DNA from: Fimicolochytrium jonesii
Lineage: Eukaryota
Assembly: GCF_025526975.1 (NCBI RefSeq)
Contig: NW_026515685.1
Span: 496,001-560,000, forward strand
Reading direction: 5' to 3'
DNA: 64,000 bases
This document shows positions 11,104-24,536 of the stretch, one piece after another. Every line of letters starts with the position of its first letter. Position 1 is the stretch's first letter. A model generated the notes under the pieces. The model made no database searches. It was not told the origin of the DNA and saw only the letters and a program-made list of their open reading frames with translations. Position numbers and translations under genes: made by a program.

Positions 11104-14100
11104 ATGTCCTCAACGCGGCAAGCTCAGGATGACCTCGAGTTTGGGGTCGCATCCGGGGACGCATTAGTCCCCGAACCGTCGTCGCGGGAAGCCACGACCG
11201 GACAGAATCTACGGAAGAGCGCGTTGACGAAAGCGAACGGGCTAAGCATAGCGCACGAGAACGGGAGCGTGGACATGGGGTCGTCGGACGACGGGGAAGA
11301 AGGGATGTCCAAGTCGCGGACGCGCAAATCAATCGTGTTCGCGGATGATGTCGAGGCTGGACGGGCGAGTTATTTCTCGGGCCCGTCGGCGGATGGGAAG
11401 ATAAAAGGCTCGGCGCCGCTGTCGCCGACCTCACCGCTGTTGCTGGAGGAGGAGGTGACGGTGGTGTCGGCGGGGAAAGGCCAAGGTGCAGGTGCGCTCC
11501 CGGACGTCCCGGAGGGTGCCTCCTTACCCCGGTTCACCCTCTCCGGGATGCCGGGGAGCAAGAGCACGACCAGCAAACTCGCCGACCCACCACCACCACA
11601 ACCCACCTCCACCCCCGGAGTCCCCAAACCCAAATCCACCCACGACCACCTCCCCCTCGCGCTTTCCCAGATCCTCAAAACCGCCGAAGAAACCAAAACC
11701 ACCGTCTGGCAACTCACCGCCCAAGTCAGCGCCACCGCCCCGTTCCACAACCCCTTCGCCGCCTCCGCCTCCGCGCGCGCCCAGCAACGCAAGGAGAGCC
11801 AGGCCCAGATGCAGGCCCGCCGGATGTCCCTGGGCGCCGCGCTGTGCATCCCCGCCCCGTCGCGGATCGATCAGAACATGAGCTGGCGGAAACTGTTTAC
11901 GCTCTCCGCGGGCGCGCTGGGGATTGTCTATGGCGAGATCTCCGTGTCGCCGTTGTATGTACTCAAGGCGATCTTCGCGCCGCATGGCGGGGAGCTGACG
12001 GATGATGGGGATTACCCGGAGATACCGGAGGAGGAGATCTTGGGCACGATATCGATTTTGGTGTGGTTGGTCACGTTGGTGTGCTGCATCAAGTATGTGT
12101 GGCTTATACTGAAAGGTGGGGTGCGTAGTGCGGCGGTGGGGGGTTTGACTTTTTCATGCTGGGGGACGCTCTGGGAGCTAACATGACAGTGTGTGTGATT
12201 TCGAAGCTGATAGGACGGGTGAGGGCGGAATCTGGGCGCTGCTGTCGCTGATACCGTTGGAATCGCTGGATGCGAGCGTACTGTTGCATCGGTCTCGCGC
12301 CGGGATATATGTGTTGGGATTGCTAGCGGCTAGTTTTCTAGTCGTAGATACCGTACGTTTTGTTTTTAGTTTGTTTCGATTGGATATAGTCTGGCTGTTT
12401 CGGAAGACATTACTGACGTGCTACTTCTTTTCTCACATAGATGATTTCCCCGGCTATTACAGTACTATCCGCCTTCGAGGGCATACGCCTCTACTCAAAG
12501 TAAGACCCACCCCCCAAACCCCCCATTCCCCCGCTTCCATCCCATCTAACCCTCTCCTCTTCCCAGAGCAACCTTCTCCCAAGACGCCGTCGTAGCCTGC
12601 ACCTGCACCGTCCTCGCCATCGTCTTCTGGTGGCAGCGTTTCGGCACCTCGCGCATTCAAAAGGCCTCCGGCGCCATCTTCGCCCTGTGGTACCTCGTCA
12701 TCGCGATGATCGGGCTGTACCAGATCGCGCGGTACCCGAAAGTGCTCGCGGCGTGGAGCCCGCATTATATTGGGTATATGGTGAGGAAGGATGTGGGCCA
12801 TGTGGCGACGATATTGGGTGAAGCGTGAGTTTGGGGATGGTGTTTTTTTTTTTGGAATGGGAGGAGAGAGGCATTTACCTGAGATGTGGATTTTTTAGAG
12901 TGCTGGCGGTGGCGGGCGTGGAGGCGATGTATGCGGATTTGGGACATTTCTCGGCCAAGCCGATCCGGTGGACGTTCTTGGGGATGGTGTACCCGGCCAT
13001 CACGCTGAACTATCTCGGGTAATGTCTCAAAGAGCATTGCAATGCATCCGCGAAAGCCGTCCGGAAGAGCAGCGCACTGATGAAAAGTTTCTGCTTTGTA
13101 GTCAAGCTGCATATTTGATTGGAAACCCGGCTGCTGCCGAGAACCCGTTCTTCAAATCCATCCCGAAGTATGTATCGTGGCGCAGAACACATACCTTCTC
13201 CCGTCTGAGGCTTATCCTCCTTTTTCGCCTCCGCAGCGTTGTAGATTGGCCTGTCATGGTCCTTGCCACAATCGCCGGTACGTTGTTCCCCTCGTGGACC
13301 CCATTCTTCGATGTTTTTACGTGGACTCATCGCTTGGAACATCTTTATTAGCCATCCTAGCCGCACAGGGCGCTATTTCCGGCTGTTTCAATCTGATCGA
13401 TCAATCGGTGAGTCTGACATCGCTGCTGCAACATAACAGAACTCATTAAAACAGTGCTAACTCCCAGTTTCCTTCCAGATATCTCTCAACAAGTTCCCCA
13501 ATGTGATCACCCGCCATCTGAAACACGCGCATGGGAGCGATATTTATATACCCGCGGTCAATTTCTGTCTGTTCTTGGGGAGCGTGATTATGGCGTCGGC
13601 GTTTCATACATCGCAGCATTTGTCGTATACCGCAGGTAAGTCTCGTATAAGAATAGTTTTCCGTCCATCTTATGAACTAATCATGGCGTAATTCGTAAAA
13701 GGGATATGCGTCGCGGGCTCAATGGCGATCACCAGCTTCCTCTACGTCCTCGTCATGCACCACGCCTGGAACCTCCCCAAATGGAAGATCCTTCTCTTCG
13801 GCAGCATCTACCTCCCGCTCGACCTCCTCCTCTTCGTGTCCTCGCTGCGCAAGATCGTCAACGAAGGCTGGGTCTCCCTGCTGCTCGCCTTCATGGTGTT
13901 TACGATCATGTTCGTGTGGACAGCAACGACGCAGGAGATCAGCACCTGGCTGCGCGAGCAGCTGATCACGCTGAACGATCTGAGAGTGTATGTCAAGAGC
14001 ATGCCGAGGGTGCCGGGCACGCTGGTGTTTGTGAGCAGTGGAGACGAGGATGTGCCGAATGTGCTGCGGATATGTGCGGGGCGGTTGAACAACCTGCCGG

Positions 14101-14700
14101 TGAATTTGATATGTATGAGTGCGGTGGCGAGTCAGTCGCCGTTTGTGGCGGATGAGGAGAAGGTGGTGTTTCGGACCGTGGATGCTGTTAGTGGGATATA
14201 CCGGCTGGTGATTTCGTATGGTATGACTATTTGACATGCGTTGCTGAAATGCATACCCAGCCTGCTCTTTTTTTTTATTTTTGTGTTTTTTTGCACCAGG
14301 CTACGCCGAACGAGATTTCAACGTGCAAACGGCACTAGAGCGAGCGAAGAAACGCGGGCTGCGGATGAAAGCGGGCGAAAAGATCTCGTTCATCGTCGGA
14401 CGAGAAATCGTACATTCCACGATATCCTCGAGGTTGTTCGGACGATTACGTCGGCAGATGTACAACACGATAGCGCGGAATTTACCGGGGAAGATGGAGT
14501 ATTTTGACTTGCCGCCTGGGGATACCCTGGAGGTAATGTCGGGGGGGACGGGCAATGTGGTCAGATTTGAAAACCCCGTGTCGCACGGATTCATAACCGA
14601 TCTTCTTTTCCACTAGATGTCAATCCATGTGATATTCGATGTCGATGACACCCCGCCAGACATTCCTATGTCGAAAGAAGGCAAACTGACATATGCGTAG
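11104..14700 (+). CDS. KUP/HAK/KT family transporter (many introns)
   Basis: Motifs [61 protein letters not shown]...NPFF, IYIPAVN and RVPGTLVF. Confidence 0.92.
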
Positions 14701-15800
14701 TGTTGGGGAACGATTGCTTATGCCTCCGTATTTGCCGTTCTAATGGACCGCCAGATTTGGTTCCCATGTATCAAGTTTTTCTCATAATAGAGATCCGGTC
14801 ATGTGTAAGAAACCTGGGGACCGCATTTTGACAGGGTGCTGGACGCGCTGTCAGAATCCGTCATTTGCGTGAGTCAGGTGGGGTGGTTGTGGAATTAGAT
14901 GATTATATTACCGGACGCGTTCCTGTGCTGCCTTACGGAAGTCGGCGTCGGACCTCCGCTCCGGTTTCCGGCGCCTTCCTGTCGCCTCGCTCGCTCGCTC
15001 TCCGCGCATCATGCCATGCGACGCAGACAGGCAGCAAGACATGGAGAACGCGTTCAGAGCGCGTCGTTTCGTGAGAGGGAGACTTTGGTGAGTGGGTGAG
15101 CTGAGGTCAGAGGGCGTTTCCTTCGGACATGTCTCCAGAGGACGAATCATCAGGTTGTTGCAGGACATCATCCCCCTGTCGGATGCATGTGCCGCCCCCC
15201 AGATTGATCAGTGACTAGCCAAATGCTCTCCCCCACGGACGCAGTCGTTTCATCGGCTCACCATTCGCGAGGGTTCAAGCCCCGACCTTCCCTTTATCGT
15301 CAGCGGCTACCGGACTCGACATCCGAAAGATCTCCCATTGCCAGGGCTCACGGCTTTCGGGGCCGAACGCCCGAAGGACTTCCGTTGGTTGGAAGAGAAA
15401 AGTGAGCTGGCCCATTGTCACCATGACATCTGATTAGCTTTCGGACATGAAAAAAGTACGGAGCAGCTGTGCCTCAAGGATCTCCGCCTAGTGGAACGAC
15501 TTACTTGGTGCCACTGGCTATTGGCATCGCACCCAACGGACGGAATGGGCCACCAGTTTGTGGCCCCCGCGGCAAAGCATGGTTGCCTCGGCCTTGGGGA
15601 TCTAATGACTGCTGCGTAATACCTTCCGATCATATCATCGGACAGGAACTGCTCGTCGCTCCCTCGGCCCTGCCATCCATATATCTACCCGAGACTCGCC
15701 CCCTATTCCCTCAACCCCGAGAAAACCCTCATCTTCAAAACTCAGCATCCCCCATCCGCACACTCGCCTCCACCACAGCATAACCTCACCCACCATCACG

Positions 15801-17367
15801 ATGACCCGAGTAGCAGTCCAACCCACCGGCGGCGTCCCAACCCCCGTGCAAGATCCCAAACTCAGCGGATTCCTCTCCCGTCTGAAAGTGAAGAACACCG
15901 ACACGGCGTCCCACAAGGACACCGTAGACTCGTACTACAAGTACTGGGACTCGGACCGCAACGTTTCCACTACCACCCTGGTTGAGGATGAGAACTCGGT
16001 TGCAGCGAGGAGGGCGGGTTCGGACAAGCTTACCAACCACTTTTATGATCTTGTTACTGATTTTTACGAATATGGTGCGTTTTTTTTCCTTCGATGCGAC
16101 TGCTGAATACGGTTCGCCCCTTTCGGAAGACCAGGCAGCTAACGATCTGCGATCCCCTTTCTCCTTTCCTTGCTGTTGTCTGTGTTTGTAGGCTGGGGAA
16201 TGTCGTTCCACTTTGCGCGCATGTTCAAGGAGACGACCTTCAAGAACTGCGTGGCGCAGCACGAGGACTTCCTTGCTCTCAAGCTGGGCTTGAAGCCGGG
16301 CATGCAGTGCGTCGACGTCGGTTGTGGTGTCGGTGAGTACGCAAATACATATCACAGGGTTGCTAGTCCTAAGGGCTCAGCGGCAAGAGTATCACCCAAT
16401 GTACGGATGTTTTACTGACACTGCCTCTGTCATTTAGGTGGTCCTTTGAGGGAAATCGCCAAGTTCAGCGGTGCCACCATCACTGGTCTTAACAACAATG
16501 CCTACCAGGTCGAGCGTTGCAACCACCTCGCCAAGCACCTCGGTCTGTCTTCCATTTGCAAGGCCCAGAAGGTAGGCTTTACGAGAGACGGGTTGTCTTT
16601 CGTCGACGGCATTCTACACACATCAGAACGAAATCTAATTGGATTTGTCCGACCTCTCAATCAGGGTGACTTCCAAGCCATGCCCTTCCCCGCCGCCAGC
16701 TTCGACGCCGCCTACGCCATCGAAGCGACCTGCCACGCCGCGCGCCTCGAGAACGTCTACGGCGAGATCTTCCGCGTCCTGAAGCCAGGCTCCAAATTTT
16801 CCTGCTACGAGTGGCTCACCACCGAGCGCTACAACCCCAACGACCCCAAGCAGCTCAAGGTCATCCACGACGTCGAGGAAGGAAACTCCATCTCTAAGCT
16901 CTACACCATCCCACAATGTCTTGCTGCGTTGAGGAGCGTCGGGTTTGAGATTGAGGAGTACTGCGATCTTGCGGACCCCAACTCCCCGTTGGCGGATGCC
17001 CAGGACCCGTGGTACCTCCCCTTGAAGGGCAGCTACTCTTTAAATATGGAGCAGATTGGCCGATGGAGGATGACGCCCATTGGTCGATGGTAGGCGTCTC
17101 GCAAATCCCTCCATATCACTTGACTTGATGAAACTCACCTTACCTTTCCACTATGATTCCTACAGGATGACGGACAAGATGGTCTTCACCCTCGAAACCG
17201 CCCGCCTGGCACCAGCAGGCACCCGCAAGGTGTCCAGCCTGCTCAACCTGGCCGCCGACGCCCTCGTCGCCGCCGGCGAGCAGCACCTGATGACACCCAT
17301 GTTCTATTTCACCGTCCGCAAGCCCCTTAACGCGACCGGTGCTATCACCAACGGCGTCGGTCACTAA
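15801..17367 (+). CDS. ERG6: sterol 24-C-methyltransferase (4 introns)
   Basis: Motifs [38 protein letters not shown] and YAIEATCHA, with C-terminal LMTPMFYFTVRKP. Confidence 0.96.
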
Positions 17368-18066
17368 GTGTGTTTGAGGTCGACAACGTCTACTCACACA
17401 TTCGCTCACACTACCCACCCTTATCTCTCCACCTCCCCGCGCGCAATATACGCATGGTCGTTGTTGATGCCACCCCCCCGTTTTTTTTCGGCTCGATGAA
17501 TTTTTGATGTTACTTATGAATATACTTATGAAATGGAGATGTTCCGCTGGGTTTCCTTGGGGCAAAGAGCAGTCAATGGCCAGTCGGTTGGATGTTATAC
17601 CGTTCGCTCAAGGGTGCTGAACTGGCGCAACATTGCTCTTACACGGCGGAGTCCGGGACGCCGTTCACGTTTGACCTCACCGGCTTGATTTGCCTTTTAC
17701 GTTTTGTTGAAGCTTCCGTCGGGAGATGCAGCGGACGATTGATCTGCGTCGTTAATGGGCTGGGACATTCCGAGTTTCGACGTCAGCGGTTGTGCGTTTA
17801 TTTGTGCCGAGTGCCGAATGTTCCTGTGCTACTTGGAGGAGGGCGGAATGGGCGCGTGACCTCCCTCCCGAATGGCGACACCCAACAAGTGCCCTCAAGA
17901 AAAGTGGCTTCACGACGAACCGCAAACGAAGGCAATGAGGACTGCACAACAACCCCAGATACCCCCCCATCCATCCCCCACCCAGACACTAGCCCGAGAG
18001 TGCTTGCTACATTCCCCCATCCATCACCCTCACACAGAGAGACCATAGAAGAACAAGAAACGTACA

Positions 18067-20401
18067 ATGGCAACAGCAACCTCCCAAGCATCCCTCTCCG
18101 AAAAACCACCCATACCGCTCGACACCTCCCCGGGCCCTCCTCGAACCGGTGGCGGCGGCGGCGGCGGCGGCGGGCGGGCACGGGCGCTAATAGGCCGCCA
18201 TTCGAAAGATAGGGTCATCAGCGTATTTGTGGAGGATCGAAGGGTGGTGGCGTATGATGGGGGAAGGTGGTCACCGCTGACGGGGGTTGTGAATGTGATG
18301 GAGCCCGTGGATGGGGAGCAGCGGGTTGTTTTGGAGCGATATGGTAATATTGGGAGGAGTTGAGATTCTTGTGGGGTATACACTGATACGTTTGCGTTGT
18401 GTTTTTAGCGCCATATGCGGAAGTGCGATGTATCATGGTGTACAAGACAGGGCTGGGCTCTGTCGTCCGACGAACGCTCTACACATCCACACAACCATTA
18501 TCAGCCGCACCCGCCGACCCCCCAACATCACCCACGGGCGAGCCGCAACCGCAGCAACGCCGCCAATACCCCTTCACTTTCCACTTTGGCGTAGAGCCGC
18601 TCTCACCCTCGCTCGCCTTCAACCCGACAGACCTGCATGACGGCCTGCCCGTCGGCGTGCATTGGGAGGTGGTGGGCTACCTCGGGCGGCGCAGCACGCT
18701 AGCGGGTGAGCACAACACGCTGTCGGCACCGGGAGCGAACAACAGCAACGACGGCGGCGGGGGTTGGGGAATGGACATGAACGGCGTAGTGACGGACACG
18801 AGTTCCGCTTCGATGCAGCGGCGGTCGCGGGCGACGCTGCATTTTTTGGTCGAGCATAGATTGGGCGGCGGGCTGGGTGCTGCTGGTCAGCAGGCGGCGC
18901 GCGTCGCCACTCAGGCGTTGAAAGCGCCACTGTTGTCGTTTGGGCGGTCCAGGAACCCCGAGGTGGTGTTGAAAGCCACCGTGGGGAAACCGCTATGCAC
19001 CATGGACGACGATCTGAAGGTCGATGTGGAGGTGACGCACCTGCAGCCCTCGCAGAAAGTGCATCGCGTGCAGCTCAAAGGTCTGCAAGCCGTCTCGATG
19101 CGGTTACCGAGCCGCGACACACTGCAGTTCAAAGCCACCGTCGCGCTGTTCGAAGACAACCCCGCGCCGCGGTACGACCCGGCCGCCAACTCGACCTTCA
19201 CGGGCTCCTACACGATGATGATGGGCGCGGGCGTCGGTAACCGGCCCAAGAAGAACGATGTGCCCGCCGAGATCCCGCTCCTGGACTGGCAGCGGTCGGC
19301 GGAATCGATGCAGGTGGAGAACAAGAAAGGGTTTGTGGCGTCTACCCCGCCGCCCGTGGACGATTTGAGCAGGGCGAATGTCGAGGTGACGTACTCGGTG
19401 AAGGTCACGGTCACGATAGCGGATGCGGCGAAGGCGTTTGGAGGGAACCAGAGGGAGATCAGTGCCGTTATACCCTTTGCGTTAACCGGCGTCGTCGAAG
19501 GTAAGCGCCATCATCCCCAAAGCTGCATTGTATACTCCGCACTCCCCACATATGAGATAACACGCACGCTTACCGCCCCCACCTCCTTCCCATCACCCCA
19601 GACGAACCCACAGTCCCCACCCTAACCGCGCAACTAACCCGCCGCTCCTCCACCTCCTCCACCACCGTCCTCGCAAACCCCGACCTCCTCCTCCCCCTCC
19701 TCGCCGAAACCCTCGACGACCTCACCCAATCCCTCGACGACATCGCCGCCCTGCAACACGACTGGCCCTCCCTCCTCACATCCGACTCGGTCACGGACCC
19801 GGCGGACCACGCCCAGGAGCTATTGGAGATGTTGGCGCTGTTGAAGGCCCAGATCGGCGTGTTTGTGGAAGGGTTTGGCGCGAGCGATGGGAGCGTGAGG
19901 TGGCCGAGGAATCCGGTGCCGTTCAACATGATGGTGCTTGAGGCGGAGCTGTTGGTCAGGGCCGGCCCGGGCAGGGCGGCGGGGGGTGGTGGGCCCCAGG
20001 TGGGGGAAGGGGAGGATCTGCCGCCGTCGTTTGAGGAGTCCACCGGCGCTCGGGCGGTTTCGACAGATGCCTCGTTATCACGGCCTCCATCACAACAACC
20101 ACCATCGCAAACCCCACCACCATCGCACCCCCAATCTCTCACCCGCCCGCTACCAACCCCGTCAACCATCCCGCACCTCCTCGCCACGATCGAGCACTTC
20201 TTCAAGTCCGCCAAATCCATCGTGCTCGCCTGGATCGCCTCCCGCGGCAGCGGCGGCGGCGGCCGGCACAAGGCAGAGTTTGACGAAAAGGCGCGTGAGC
20301 TGGAGGGGAGGGTGGAGGAGTTGAAGAGGGTGCTTGAGCGGGTTACTTTTGCGGGGGTCGGTGGGGGGATACAATCGTTACCGGCTGCATATGAGAGGTG
20401 A
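18067..20401 (+). CDS. arrestin-fold protein (beta/visual-arrestin-like) with a C-terminal helical extension
   Basis: Colinear motifs SPLTGVVNV, YPFTFHF, VGVHWEVVGY, VVLKATVGKP, QFKATVALFE, NSTFTGSYTM, VEVTYSVKVTV and ISAVIPFAL. Introns at about 18344-18409 and 19501-19601. Confidence 0.75.
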
Positions 20402-20838
20402 CTGTGATGGTGCGGCGAGGAGTATCCCCGGTGGAGGATATACCCCCTCCATTTATCTAACTAGCCCCCATACCCTCATATACGTGATCATCCCCTACTA
20501 GCTGTTACCTTCTGCCAATCTGGGGAATTTGGCTAACTCTTTTTGGATACTGCTCATATGCTTACGGCTTAATGAAAACGCTACTGTTACGGAGGGTCCC
20601 ACACTACAAAAAACTTGTTCATTAGGGTTCACAAGATGGATGATACAGTGGGGAGTCGGGAGAGGGGGAGGTTAGTACGCCGGTGTCGGAAAGCTAGTGG
20701 TACTCTACGGGATGCTCTTCGGGGGGGACTACGTAGACACCGACAGCAGCTAGCCCAGGTATGCAAACGCCGTACATCGTCATCGACAATCATCACACCA
20801 ACCCGAAGGAAAAGGCGCTGAGGTAAATGTAATCCGCC

Positions 20839-22117
20839 CTAGAACCCCTTCGGATGCTTCTGATGAAAGTTCCACGCGGTCGCGAGGATGCTGTCGATCG
20901 TGTCGTACTTGCGTTTCCAGCCGAGGATCTTTTCGGCTTTTTCCGAGGATGCGATCAGGGTTGCGGGGTCGCCGGCGCGTCTAAACCAAGAAAATGTCAT
21001 ATTCAGGTTGAGTCGGGTGCGGGGGAGGGGAATGGGTGAAATTTATATGGTACGCCACCTTGGTTTGATTTCCGCAGGGATGGGATGTCCCGTGACGCGG
21101 CGGGCTGCTTCGATGATCTGCTTGACGGAGTAGCCTTCGCCGGAGCCGAGGTTGAAGCGGTTGGAGATGTTGTGTTTCGCTAGGTACTCCAGGGCCTGCG
21201 GACAGGGTAATGACGGGGTCAGAGATGGACGAACCGGTCGAGACGCCAGTCCCAATCGACCACACACATACCAAAGCGTGCCCGGACGCCAGATCCGTGA
21301 CATGCACATAGTCCCTAACACAGCTCCCATCCTCGGTCGGGTAATCGTCCCCAAAGATGAAGATCTTCTCCCGTTTGCCCAGCGGGACCTGCAAGATCAG
21401 CGGGATCAAGTGGGACTCGGGCGTATGGTCCTCTCCAATGTCCCCTGCCTCATCAGCCCCACACGCGTTGAAATATCTCAAACACACAGACTTCAGCCCA
21501 AACGCCTCGTCGCACGACTGCAGCAGCTTCTCAACCACCAGCTTGGTCTCGCCGTACGGGTTGATCGGGTGCGTCTTATCGTCCGCCTCGATGGGCACGC
21601 GCTCGGGCATCCCGAACAGCGCGGCCGTGGAGGAAAAGATGAAGTACTTTGTCTTGTGCTTCTGCATCGCTTGCAGGAGGGTGATGGTCCCGGACACGTT
21701 GTTTTCGTAGTAAGACAGCGGGTCCGCGACGCTCTGTGCGACTTCGATGGAGGCGGAGAAGTGGAAGACGGCGTCGGGGACGTGTTTGGAGAAGACCGTT
21801 TCGAGGAAGGCTTTGTCGCGGATGTCACCTTGTTCGAATGCGACGCCCTTTGGGATCGATTGTGTGTGGCCTGGATGGGGGAGGTTGGGAATGAGGTGTG
21901 AATTCAGGGCATCGGGACGGGCGATTTCACCTAGTCGTACCTGTGGATAGGTTGTCCAGAATGACCAGCTCGTGAGAGTGCTTCGACAGCTCCCGCACGA
22001 TATGGGAGCCAATATAACCAGCACCTCCTGCAATGATGATCTACAAGACATAGCGGGTTAGTGTGCACTCGGATATGACATGACATCGGGCACCGGGCGG
22101 CGGCGGCCTACCTTCAT
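20839..22117 (-). CDS. galE: UDP-glucose 4-epimerase (GalE), spliced
   Basis: [37 protein letters not shown] (YxxxK), LRYFNACGA and [15 protein letters not shown]. Ends [11 protein letters not shown]. Confidence 0.93.
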
Positions 22118-23169
22118 CTTGACACTATTAGAAGCGGGCGATATGAAGTAGATGTAGAAAGGCGAGTACGAGCGAGTCTTTGAGAGTGCAGAGTGGTTCC
22201 TTAATCCTTCGTCCGTGGGAGTGCGGTTGCTGGATGGAGCGTGGGCACTGGGTGGGCAAGTCGGAGAAGGGACGGCGGCCGCTGCGGGCGTTGCTGCGCG
22301 TCTCGTCTCGTCTCGTCGATCCCAGCGTCGATCCATCGATGCCCTGCATACAGTACATAGCCCCGGAGGAACAGCATTGGCACACGGCTGACTGATCGAA
22401 GCGCAGGTGGTTCAACGTCTCTAGGTGACGGATTGAGAGGGATGTTTTCCGGACCACACATTGATGGAACTTGGCGGTTAGAACCGGTGAAGCAGTCCTC
22501 TGCAAAGGCGTCTCCCATTCATTTCCTGGAGAGGGGGTACCAAACGGAATGGTATGGCCAGAATCTCGCTCGGACCTTGGAGTACTGTAAGGACGAGAGG
22601 GGGGTATCTCCTGGCATCGCTTGCCTAACCCACCAGGCCTGACACTTCTACACCGTGGCACTCAATCATACTGTGCGTGCATGCACCTACGCGCCGGGAG
22701 GTGATCCTGGTAAGGCGGAGACGGCGATGCCTGCCAACCGCCCTTCTTCGGCCCCATTCCGAAAACGCGTACCTTGTGTGCACCGCGGCCCACGCTCCTC
22801 CCACGCTCGAAAATTGGATGAGGACTGCGGCATTGGCGTAGCTTACCTCATGTCATGGCGCGGGGGTGTTGCATCCCATCTTGGGCATTGTCCTCGCGCA
22901 AAGGCGTACCTGACATTGGCCATGCGTACAAGAAGCAACAAAATGATACGAGATGCACTTGGAAGGTGTGTTCGATACACTGCGCACTCAACTTACCGTA
23001 TGGGTTTGGTGGTCGGCGTGAAGAAACTGAGTTGACCGAGGGAGTAGCCTCTTTTGAACCCGGAAGTCCCATGGAGACGGAGAGTGGTGCCGTGGCGGGC
23101 GGTGGCAGAACTCCCCGTCAGGATAGGGTTCCCATTATGCAGTGTTCCCCCCGTGTGCATGCCCATGTA

Positions 23170-24536
23170 CAGTCAGTGGACATAAAGCTGTGTGCATGCC
23201 AGATTAAGTCAGTGTCTGACGCGCGTTGCGCGACATCAACTCATCATCCTTAATCTTGGGGCATTGCGAAACCTGACCTAAATGAATGGATCTAGATCTG
23301 AATTTCGCTAATACCTAGTTGTCCCCCCATTGGCTGCGATTACGGCTGCCATTCTTGATGGCATTGACCGTGTCAATGCATCAAGATGCGGCTGCATTGT
23401 GGGCCATATAGTTTGCACAACGTTGTCCAACATTCAAGGGGTAGGGTTCGCTTTCGATACCTTCCGTTTGAGCATTGCCCACAGATTCTCAATCGGATTG
23501 AGATCTGGACTCTGCGCTGGCCAGGGAAGAAGCTCAATGCCGTGTTCATCAAAGAACTGTCGAGTTTCAGCCGATGTATGAATAGGGGCGTTGTCCTGCA
23601 TGAAGAGAGGATTGGGAAGAAAAATCTCTAAATTCCGCCACATCGGCAACATGTTAGCAGTAAGATGTTGCACATAGGCAGGAGAGTTAATCCCTCCACG
23701 GTTTTGACCCTCTCGCTGAACACGCTGCATCTCTTTCATTGGACCTACTGCATTTCCAATGAATGCTCCCCAATACATGAATGTTTTTCGTCCACTCTTC
23801 CTGGTGCCCTGGATGCAATTGGGATGAAAACGTTCAGTTCGTAAGCGCCAGCACCGCATTTTAGGTACCCAGCCAATTTCAAAGGACGTCTCATCAGTCC
23901 AGAAAACACGAGACCAGTCCGCTTCCGTCCAGTCTTGGTGCTGCAGTGCAAATGCAAGGCGTGCTGCTTTATGGTCCTCTGTCAATAGTGGCTTTCGGAC
24001 CTTGAAACGCGAGGTGAGATAGAGCAGGTCCCGTAGGTAGCGACGCACTGTTTTTGCAGACACCTGGAGTCCGGTGAGCTGTGTGAATTCAAAAGTGATC
24101 TGTTTTAGTGTTTTCTCCCGAGTGCTACTGTCAGCAACAACAATACTGCGGAAGGCAGCCAAATCATCATCAGAAGGCTGGTACTTAGCTGGTCTTCCTG
24201 TTGGCTTCTTCGATTGATAGGCGGTTGGTGCAGTGGCACTCTCGTTCGCAAACCTCTTAATAGTGTTCCTCACAGTATTCCTGTGAACGTGCTCCTGCCT
24301 TGCAATTTCAGATGTCGTCTTGCCTGCTATATGGAGGGCAACTATGGCTGCCCTTTTTTGTGGTGTGAGAGGTTTCCCCATAGCTGAGGTGGTGAAGATG
24401 TTGGCGTGCATTTCGCCATCACGGCTTCGTCGCTGGCTTCAATACTCAAGCTTGCGGCTCCAAAACGCGCGGTGCGCTTTGTGAAACGGTCATTGAAATC
24501 CATATGGGGTGCACACAGCTTTTTGTCCACTGACTG
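23170..24536 (-). mobile_element. Tc1/mariner DD34E DNA transposon, 1367 bp
   Basis: 27-bp TIRs CAGTCAGTGGACATAAAGCTGTGTGCA (23170-23196) and TGCACACAGCTTTTTGTCCACTGACTG (24510-24536) with one mismatch. TA on both flanks (23168-23169 and 24537-24538). Internal transposase. Confidence 0.95.
23308..24411 (-). pseudogene. Tc1 transposase with a premature in-frame TGA
   Basis: HTH N-terminus, GRP, FWTDETSF, FMQDNAPIH and SPDLNPIENLW, with 34 residues between the second D and the E. TGA at 23434-23436 is followed in frame by the conserved tail ...SMPSRMAAVIAANGGTTRY*. Confidence 0.88.
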
